A stretch of DNA of 64,000 nt from a virus (lineage: Duplodnaviria; Heunggongvirae; Uroviricota; Caudoviricetes): IMG/VR virus record IMGVR_UViG_3300028048_000076, one strand, 5' to 3'. Within the stretch, counting starts at the first letter, position 1, and each line of letters begins with the position of its first letter. A program made the position numbers and the translations under genes. Below are positions 56,043-64,000 of this stretch, piece after piece. The notes under the pieces are model-generated. The model was not told where the DNA came from. It saw nothing but the letters and a program-made list of their open reading frames with translations, and ran no database searches.

Positions 56043-59000
56043 ATGGAAAAAGTAAGGAAACGAAATGGTAAATTAGTGGATTATGATTCACAGAAGATTT
56101 TTGATGCTATCAAGAAAGCAAATGCTGATTCTAAAGATAAGCGTATGAATAAAACAGCATTGTATCTTCTTGTGTCACAGGTAGAAGATGCATTTGAGGA
56201 TGTAAAAGCACCATCAGTAGAAAGTATTCAGGATTGCATTGAGAATTTGCTTATGAAATCTAATTGGGTTCATACAGCTAAATCTTACATTGTATATCGT
56301 AACGAACATGCAAAGATTCGTGATACTCATGCTGATTTGCTCAAACAGTTAAATGAAGTCCTTTTCAGTAAAGGCGAAGATTCTGATTTGAAGCGTAGCA
56401 ATGCAAATATCAAATCTGATTCAACAATGGGTGCAATGTTGCAGGTTGGAACGACTACAACAAATTATTTAAATGATAATTTTATCATTCCTAAAAGATA
56501 TATTGATGCCCATAGAGCAGGTTACATCCATATCCATAAGTAATATTGTGGCTTTACATGGTGACATGTACTGAAAAACTAGGTGAACCTACAAATGTAG
56601 GGTGTATGAATGACGATTAGTAATTGTAGGAAATGACAATTAACATTCATGCTAACAGGGAAAGTGCGATTTCACCAATCCTGTGGGAAGTATCTTTACT
56701 AATGAAGATAAACCTCCATCGACTATCGAACACATAGCACAAAAGAAAAATTTGTGTAAAGAAGTAAGTAGAGTACATTGTGAGTGAAATTCTCATAGTG
56801 GAAGTGCCTAGTACCTAATATTTGGTAATAGAATATTAGGTGATGATATAGTCAGCACATACTTTGAAATAAGTATGTGTGGATAAAGATTTTTCAAATT
56901 TGACATTTAACTGTCTCCAGGTGGACTTGCAGAAAACTTTTAAGGATGGATTTAAGATTGGGAGTTCGTTTATTCGTGAACCACAGTCAATCCGTTCTGC
57001 CGCTGCTTTAGCTTGCATAATTTTGCAATCTTCACAAAATGACATGTTTAAGTAAAAATTGAACACTTATAAGGTGACTTATAAGAACAAACTCCACGTA
57101 GACCTATCTATTATAGGGTGTCATATTAACGAATAGGAATTGCAGGAAATGGCAATTAGTAATATGGCTAACAGGGAATGTTAACAAGAATTAAAAATGT
57201 CCAACTTGTTAAAGAATCCTGTGCTACAATTTTTATTACACTTTAAATCTTTATAAAAACTGAAGATAAAAAGTGTAATAAAAATTAAGTCAACAGAGTA
57301 TCGAAAAGATAGTGACCGCAAAAGGGTTTCAGAGTTGTCAACTGATTAATCACGAATAACTGAGTAGAGTAAGATAACTATTAATACGTTATTTGAAAAT
57401 GTGGGTACTTATAATTGAAAATATAAGTATGAGATGTATTCGGTGTCATATTACAAAAGTATGACATGGGTGGACAAAGTATTCAGGACTTCGATAGAGC
57501 AATGGCTATTGGTGTTCGTAGAACATTTAAAAAAGAACTCTGCACTGCATTACAGGAAGTTCTTGATTACAATGATATTGAAAATGTTGATGAAGTTGTA
57601 TTGAATATTCCTGAAAATATTCTTTTGACATATAAAAATGTTGATAAGATGGAAGAATTGACTTTATATTTAACAAGCGTAATTAAAGACAGTGCAATTG
57701 CAGAAAAATGTGTTTCAAAAGCATATAAAATTGCTTGTAAACGCACAGAAAAAGAAACCCATCAAGCTATGGAAGCTGTAATTTTCAATTTAAACAGTAT
57801 GCATAGCCGTGCAGGTCAAATGAGGGCCTGAATCTATAGAAATATAGATGTAGAATAAAGACAAATCGGTGAAGGCTAAAATATAAATTTTATTTATATT
57901 ATGCTAATACCGAGCTAACCGAAATCAACGGTAGTGTAACGCATAGGAATTGAGCGATATGATAGCAACAATATTCCCACGAGGTCTTTACCCCTAACAC
58001 GTAAAGGTGAGGGTGAAAATATATGCTGAACAAGATGTGAATTGACACATAGTATTTAGTCATATAAAAGGGTGGCTAAAGATGAAGGAAACTTCTTGAA
58101 GTGAATGATAAAAAACTTTCACGATAACAAATTGTCGCAGGTAGAATGAGTGCCTGTTAATTGTAGAAATATAATTATAAGTACGGAGCAAAATCGGTAG
58201 AGACTAAAGATAAAACTAATTTGTTTTAAAAAAAAGTTTCGTTTATGTTAATACCGAGGTAAGTAAATCGTTAAAAAGGTTTGCCACCGTAGAGCATAGA
58301 GGTTGAACCTGTAAATAGCAGAATATAATACCTCCAAGAGTGTTCCGCACATTAAGTTATAGACTTAATCTTTATATTAGCAAATATAAAGCCTAACGTT
58401 AAACGAGGGTGAAAATATATGCCAAGCTGAGTTGGAATTGACCAACTGATGAAAATAGGGGAAACCCTCAGAGGTGTAGATAAAAAGCTACACGATAATA
58501 ACAATCTGACCTTTTAGTAGTTTAAATTTCGGTCTTGATACTTCTCCTGAGGGAAGATTAGCAATGGAAAAACTTCTTCTTGCACAGGAAGCAGGTTTAG
58601 GACATGGAGAAATTTCAATCTTTCCAATTACGATTTTCCGTTTGAAGGAAGGAATTTCTTACAATCCTGAAGACCCAAATTATGATTTATTTAAACTCGC
58701 AATGCGTGTTAGTGCGAAACGTTTGTTCCCTAATTTTGAGAACCAGGATGCTCCATATAATATGAAGTATTATGACCCAAATGATTATCGCACAGAAATT
58801 GCAACTATGGGTAAGTGTAAATGTAGCCCATGTAAAACCGTTTGAACCCTGCCAAGGGGTGTGAGAATTTATATTCTTGCTAACGGATAGGACTTCATAG
58901 AAGTTGAGTCCGTGCTAAGTAGCAGAAATGCTTAAATGTGTATCGACCATCCGTGATGAATGTAGCGGAGTAGGGATAGAGATAGGCACTATCCCCAAGA

Positions 59001-59958
59001 GGACGGCTATCAAAAATGATAGATGATATGGTCAGTGCTAATGGTGACATTGGATAAAACGTGCAGAACAAAAACACAAATGAATCGTAATGGTGAACCT
59101 ATTACATCAAGCCGTGGTAATTTTGCTTTTAATACAATCAATCTTCCTTTGATTGCTATTGAAGCAAACCGTGATATTAAAAAATTCTATAAGGAATTAG
59201 ATAAATACATGAAACTTTGTAGAGATAATCTTCTTTGGAGATTTCAGCAAATCAGCAAACGCCATGTTTATAATTACCCATTCCTTATGGGCGAACATCT
59301 TTGGTATAAGAGTGAAACTTTGAAACCTGAAGATGAAATTGGTGAAGTTTTGAAGCAGGCAAGTATTTCAATCGGTTTCTGTGGGTTGGCAGAAGCACTC
59401 GTTGCTTTGATTGGTTCTCACCACGGCGAAACCGAAGAAGCAAGGAAACTTGGCTATGAAATCATTTCTCATATGCGTGAAATGACTGATAAATTCGCAG
59501 ATGAAACAGATTTGAACTTTAGTTTATTCTGTACTCCTGCCGAAAGTACAGCAGGACGCTTCGTTCGTTGTATTCAGAAAAAATATGGCAAAATTAAAGG
59601 TGTATCTGACAGAGAGTATTTAACAAACTCAATGCATGTGCCTGTTTATTATCCAATTAAGGCGGCAGAAAAAATTAAAATTGAAGCTCCTTATCATGAA
59701 TTGGCAAATGCAGGTGTAATTAGTTATTTGGAATTTGATGGCGACCCATCCAAAAACCTTGTTGCTTTTGAAAGTGCAATCCGTGCAATGCATGACAACA
59801 ACATGAATTATTTTGCTATCAACTCACCAAAAGATAGATGTCCTTCCTGTGGACACACTACAATTATTGATGGTGATACTTGTCCAATTTGCGGTTATAA
59901 GGAAACTTATGGCAAGCAGGAAGAAAAAGTCTCTATTAAAGATATTGTGAAAAAGTAA
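56043..59958 (+). CDS. nrdD: Class III anaerobic ribonucleotide reductase, 6 exons (56043-56537, 56882-57049, 57469-57816, 58135-58142, 58509-58812, 59062-59958), 739 aa, ATP cone, no Gly-radical tail
   Basis: Splicing restores HIH|DKDF, NDMF|GGQS, SRAG|SQ(V)|PFSS and ATMG|CRT in frame; exons total 2220 nt. Confidence 0.92.
56538..56881 (+). mobile_element. Group I intron 1 of nrdD (344 nt, no ORF)
   Basis: Exon ends in U, P1 CCAT/GTGG, P7 GACTA/TAGTC, terminal G. Confidence 0.9.
57050..57468 (+). mobile_element. Group I intron 2 of nrdD (419 nt, no ORF)
   Basis: P1 TGTTT/GAACA, P7-like GAGTA/TATTC, terminal G. Confidence 0.88.
57817..58134 (+). mobile_element. Group I intron 3 of nrdD (318 nt)
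   Basis: P1 CAGGT/GCCTG, GCATA/TATGC, terminal G. Confidence 0.88.
58143..58508 (+). mobile_element. Group I intron 4 of nrdD (366 nt), related to intron 3
   Basis: P1 CAGGT/GCCTG; shares AAATCGGT, AATACCGAG and GAGGGTGAAAATATATGC with intron 3. Confidence 0.88.
58813..59061 (+). mobile_element. Group I intron 5 of nrdD (249 nt)
   Basis: P1 ATGGGT/GCCCAT, P7 GACCA/TGGTC, terminal G; inserted just before the conserved Cys codon. Confidence 0.9.
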
Positions 59959-60040
59959 ATATTTTCTCCTAAATAGATGGTTTTGTTTTTTCTCAAAACC
60001 ATCTATAATATGGGGGAAAGGAAAGGTGATAATTTTGAGA

Positions 60041-60637
60041 ATGTTACCTGATAATGTTGTTTTTATTTCAGGTGTTCATGGAACAGGAAAAACAACATTG
60101 AAAAGTGAATTGTGTAAACTCCCTTATGTCATTGGATATGAAAAATGTGAGATGACACAGTTTGACCAAATTTTTGAGCGTCAAATTCGTAGGATTGCGA
60201 AATATCGTATTGACTATGAACGCATTTGTGATTTAGCAGAATCTAATCCTGATAAAATTATTCTTGCAGACAGATGTGTATATGATGCTTATGCGTACTT
60301 AGATACGTTTTTGGAATTGGGTTGGCTAAAACCTGAAGATTTTTATGATTGCTTGTCTATGACAAGAGCATTATTCCCAACCTCAGAAATGTCTCCAAGA
60401 TACGTACTTCAATTAACACCACCCCTTAGTACCGTTAAAGAATGGTTAAAAAAGCGTCAAGCAGAAGTAGGAGCGAAGTGGTGTGAAAAAGACGAGAATT
60501 ATCTTGAAACGCTTTATAAGCGGTATGAAAGTTCTCACTTGTCAGGCATTACCAAAATTGCAGAAACCAATCCTAAAAAACGATTTGAAATTTGCAAAAA
60601 ATATTTACATAAATTGCACAATGAGGTATGCAAATGA
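60041..60637 (+). CDS. P-loop nucleoside/nucleotide kinase-like protein
   Basis: ISGVHGTGKTT, LADRCVYD. Confidence 0.75.
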   Translation: MLPDNVVFISGVHGTGKTTLKSELCKLPYVIGYEKCEMTQFDQIFERQIRRIAKYRIDYERICDLAESNPDKIILADRCVYDAYAYLDTFLELGWLKPEDFYDCLSMTRALFPTSEMSPRYVLQLTPPLSTVKEWLKKRQAEVGAKWCEKDENYLETLYKRYESSHLSGITKIAETNPKKRFEICKKYLHKLHNEVCK

Positions 60638-60818
60638 TTGAAATGGTCAATTCTATACTTCTGCTTGCAATATGCATTTTCATTATTTTGATGTTATTCA
60701 TTGGGCAGACAGCCCAAAACATAAAAGAATGTAAACAAGAAATTGTCATATTGGTATGGGCAATTGTTGCCTGTATAATAATGTATTTGATTAATAATTT
60801 GTAAAAAGGTGATAAAAA

Positions 60819-61118
60819 ATGGAATTTACAATTGATGGTGTAAAAGTAACTTTTGTTAATGGCGAAAATATTACTGAAGATATGGCTAAGAATTATCTTG
60901 CTTATGCAGAAGAACATAAATTGTATAAAGATGCTAAAGTAGCTTCTCTTACTGTAAAACTTGATGGGGAAGAAGCAGATATGGAATATGAGTATGTTCA
61001 GAATAAGCCAAAGATTGAACGTATTCGTAGAATCACTGGGTATTTGTCAGGCACAACCGATACCTGGAATAATGCAAAACGAGCAGAAGAGCGAGATAGA
61101 ATTAAACATTTTGGTTAA
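60819..61118 (+). CDS. Stand-alone NrdD C-terminal glycyl-radical domain protein
   Basis: IERIRRITGYLSGT..WNNAKRAEERDRIKH. Confidence 0.88.
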   Translation: MEFTIDGVKVTFVNGENITEDMAKNYLAYAEEHKLYKDAKVASLTVKLDGEEADMEYEYVQNKPKIERIRRITGYLSGTTDTWNNAKRAEERDRIKHFG

Positions 61119-61216
61119 TTTTTCATTAAAAAACTTCAAGGAAGGTTATAAAAACCTTCCTTTTTTATATATAATAAGACTGTGAGGATAATATGTTTAA
61201 AAGGAGAGTATTCTTA

Positions 61217-61507
61217 ATGGAAATTTATACCATTACAATGTTTGAGAACTTTGATATTACAAACAACTATACTAGGTGTGTAGGATTTTTTCTTGACCTA
61301 GAAGATGCAAAAAAAGCAGTAAAAAACAATCAGGGCGATATAAATGAATGTTGTTATAATTATGCTGTGATTGAAAAGATTGGTGAAGGGATTTATAGTC
61401 CAAATTACGAACGTTGGTTTTACGAATATGATTTATCCAATAACCAATATGTAGAGATGGAAGAGCCTGAACCATTTAAAGGTATTTATAATTTTTCTAT
61501 AGGCTAA
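61217..61507 (+). CDS. Hypothetical protein
   Basis: AAGGAG RBS; RCVGFF..A..AVKNN.GDINECCYNYAVIE. Confidence 0.7.
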   Translation: MEIYTITMFENFDITNNYTRCVGFFLDLEDAKKAVKNNQGDINECCYNYAVIEKIGEGIYSPNYERWFYEYDLSNNQYVEMEEPEPFKGIYNFSIG

Positions 61508-61531
61508 AAGAAATGAGGTTTTCTGTATAAA

Positions 61532-62281
61532 ATGATTACACTTGAAAGTATTGTTCCTGATGATGAATACACCCAAATTGTTTATAAGAATTATGATGTT
61601 CCAAAAGAAGAAGGTAATGTTGTAAAAATCAATGATAATATTGAGTTGCCTGATGAATGGAATATTGGCGTAATTTATGGACAAAGTGGGGCAGGGAAAA
61701 GTTCTGTTTGTAAGAGTTTTTTCGGTGCTAAATTAGGTACATACGATTGGTGTGGTCATAAAAACGGAAAACCTCTTCATTATGATAAAACGATAGCTAC
61801 TATCAGTCAGTTTGGTTTACATAAACAGGCTACCCCTGAACAAGCAGCACAATTATTAACGGCTGTTGGTTTTAACACAATGAAGTCTTGGATTCGTCCG
61901 TATTCGGCACTATCCACAGGTGAAAAAGCACGAGCAGATTTAGCTATGAGTTTAGCTAAAGGTTTAAAAAATCCAAACAAAATTATATGCATTGATGAAT
62001 ATACAAGTGTTGTCGATAGGAATACTGCCCTTTCTATGAGTAATGCAGTACAAAAATATATTCGTAGAAATAATTTGAAAGTGGTATTTGTATCTTGTCA
62101 TGAAGATATTTTGTCACCATTGAACCCTGATTGGATTTTTAATCCTAAAATTGGAGAAACACTTTACAATGAAAAGTTGAATCCTGAATTGTATTCTAAA
62201 TATTCTATGTCTGAAATGCGTAAAGGGTCAATCGTATCAGATATTGTTATCAAATACAATTTTAAAAATGAGGTTAAATAA
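61532..62281 (+). CDS. Soluble ABC-type ATPase
   Basis: GQSGAGKSS, LSTGEKARA, ICIDEYTSVVDR, SCHED. Confidence 0.88.
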   Translation: MITLESIVPDDEYTQIVYKNYDVPKEEGNVVKINDNIELPDEWNIGVIYGQSGAGKSSVCKSFFGAKLGTYDWCGHKNGKPLHYDKTIATISQFGLHKQATPEQAAQLLTAVGFNTMKSWIRPYSALSTGEKARADLAMSLAKGLKNPNKIICIDEYTSVVDRNTALSMSNAVQKYIRRNNLKVVFVSCHEDILSPLNPDWIFNPKIGETLYNEKLNPELYSKYSMSEMRKGSIVSDIVIKYNFKNEVK

Positions 62282-62827
62282 GTGAACTTTGTAAATAAAA
62301 AAGGACAGGTAAAAAAAACTGTCAAAGATTTTGAGATTAAATTAAAATTCTGCCGTGTTAAGTATGATATGTGGAACTTATTCAAAGAATATCATTATCT
62401 TAGCAGGGATTTAAATAAAGCGTGTAAATGTTTTTGTGCTTTTTTAGATGGAAAACCTGTGGGATTTATAGCTGTTATTGTTCAACCACATCCTAGTTTT
62501 AAAAACGGATGGCGTATTTCAAGAACTGTGGTTTTACCTGATTATCAGGGGTGTGGCATTGGTATTGCAATGCGTAATTATATTGGTAAATTGGTTACAA
62601 GTAGAAATAATGCTAGATTGTATTCTAGTTCTGCCCATCCTGCGCTTGGGTTGTATGGAGAAAAACATCCTGACATTTGGCAACCCACTTCGCATAATAA
62701 ACGAAAACAGGATAAATGTTCAGGTTTTGATAGTTACCGAACTGATGATAGAGTTTGTTATCGTACTAGATATGTTGGTGAATCTGCTACTTATGAGGAA
62801 GGTGAGTTGTTTTATGAAAAGTGTTGA
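62282..62827 (+). CDS. GNAT-fold acetyltransferase
   Basis: FKEYHYLS, WRISRTVVLPDYQGCGIG, SAHPALG. Confidence 0.85.
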   Translation: MNFVNKKGQVKKTVKDFEIKLKFCRVKYDMWNLFKEYHYLSRDLNKACKCFCAFLDGKPVGFIAVIVQPHPSFKNGWRISRTVVLPDYQGCGIGIAMRNYIGKLVTSRNNARLYSSSAHPALGLYGEKHPDIWQPTSHNKRKQDKCSGFDSYRTDDRVCYRTRYVGESATYEEGELFYEKC

Positions 62828-63122
62828 GGAAGTAGTAGCTTGGTCAGACTTAGATATTTCAAGACAATCTATTCTTGGACTGTGGGAAGGAAAACATATT
62901 TTAGCAACCACCCCCTTTCATGAAGCAATATTCTTAGGTTTTGGACATGATAAATACGAATCTAAAGTTGTATTTATTTTACAGCAGACAGGTGAAACAT
63001 GGTTTAGAATTTGTGACAACGATTATTCAGCTAAAGAATTAGCTACAAAAGTTGCATACGATTTAATGAAAGCACCTAGTTTGAAAGTAATGGATTTTTA
63101 TTTATTTGAGAAGGTAGGATAA
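62814..63122 (+). CDS. Hypothetical protein
   Basis: ATG after GAAGGTGAG; overlaps the GNAT stop. Confidence 0.6.
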   Translation: MKSVEEVVAWSDLDISRQSILGLWEGKHILATTPFHEAIFLGFGHDKYESKVVFILQQTGETWFRICDNDYSAKELATKVAYDLMKAPSLKVMDFYLFEKVG

Positions 63123-63316
63123 CATGAAAGAAAATAAAATTGAATTGACAGATGATATTACTGTTGTAAATGCAAAATTGAAAACTGACGAATATAAAGA
63201 CCTTGACAATGCAGGTATCGCACATCTTTTGCAGGATATGGGTTATGATATTGATTTTGCAATTTTTATGATTGAGGGTCGTCAGATTGTAAGACGTTAA
63301 TGAAAGGCTGATATAA

Positions 63317-63664
63317 ATGAAACGATTGGTTGCAGAAGTATCAGATGATTTGATGGATTTATTCAAACAAGCTGTATCTGTACAAGATATTACAGATGAA
63401 ATTTCTAAGGCATATACAGCTTTTAAGGAAGCTCAAACGAATGAACAGCAGTTGGATAATGAAGATTATAAAGATTTGGATGCTTGGTTTGATGAATATT
63501 ATTCTAGCGTAGTACCTGATTGTATCGAAAAAGCAAAGGATAATTATGACTTTAATCAAAAATATTCTATGGCTGAAATGTCTGATATTGAAGATTTAAA
63601 AAATAAAGTGGCTGAATACATCTTAAACAATAAGGTGGGAATTTTCAGTCAAATTCAAGAATAA
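63317..63664 (+). CDS. Hypothetical acidic protein (N-terminal KRLVA motif)
   Basis: 115-aa ORF. Confidence 0.7.
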   Translation: MKRLVAEVSDDLMDLFKQAVSVQDITDEISKAYTAFKEAQTNEQQLDNEDYKDLDAWFDEYYSSVVPDCIEKAKDNYDFNQKYSMAEMSDIEDLKNKVAEYILNNKVGIFSQIQE

Positions 63665-63770
63665 TTAACAGAGGATTGATTTCCTCTGTTTTTTTTGCAA
63701 AAAATGTTGACAAAATAATACGTTTGTGATATAGTATGGTTAATAAATCTTTTGACAAGGAGGTGGCAAT

Positions 63771-64000
63771 AATGAAATTCAGTACAAATGATATGAATGA
63801 AAAGGATAAAAAAATAGCGGAACTTGAAAGACAAAATGCTATCCTAAAAGAACGTTTATTTATGGCAAAACGTGATACAAAAATTCGCAATAGGCGTTGG
63901 GATAATTTAATTGCAAAAATCTTTCATGATTCCTCTCTTACAATTAAAGAAAAGAAAATAAGAAGCAAACATGATTTACTGTGGGACGCAGATAAGATAT
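63771..64000 (+). CDS. 3'-partial hypothetical protein
   Basis: Promoter, AGGAGG RBS and ATG; runs off the window. Confidence 0.65.

Noticed and set aside
58564-58845. Separate nrdD-fragment genes (56001, 57466, 58564, 59023) or a pseudogene
   Set aside because: They are exons; removing five group I introns gives one in-frame 739-aa protein.
56538-59061. Intron-encoded homing endonucleases or inteins
   Set aside because: The introns are only 249-419 nt with stops in all frames, and no intein motifs are present.

Overview
A 64-kb AT-rich segment of a large, probably lytic tailed phage of an anaerobic Firmicute. The Amidase_3 endolysin style and a beta-strand/Phe-ending protein tentatively suggest a Negativicutes host. 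It uses the standard genetic code, and I found no rRNA, CRISPR array, integrase or reverse transcriptase. Most genes are small accessory genes behind consensus TTGACA-17-TATAAT promoters. Recognisable modules are nucleotide metabolism (nrdD, nrdG, dCMP deaminase, nucleotide kinase), RNA repair-type enzymes (kinase-HD, Pol-beta nucleotidyltransferase, two metallophosphoesterases, a degenerate CCA-adding enzyme), MoxR AAA+/VWA, a NusG N-domain, putative receptor-binding proteins, a holin, an endolysin and an OFA-type MFS transporter. The main feature is a ~5-kb non-coding RNA locus (37.8-42.9 kb). It holds 11 tRNAs, a tRNA-like RNA, nine HDV-like self-cleaving ribozyme folds with clear covariation (six at tRNA 3' ends, three at the 3' ends of unidentified structured RNAs), a ~460-nt ornate RNA candidate and a repeated anti-Shine-Dalgarno hairpin family. 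nrdD is interrupted by five group I introns that enclose an 8-nt micro-exon. It also lacks its glycyl-radical tail, which is encoded as a separate small gene. All family assignments are by motif recognition; no database search was run.
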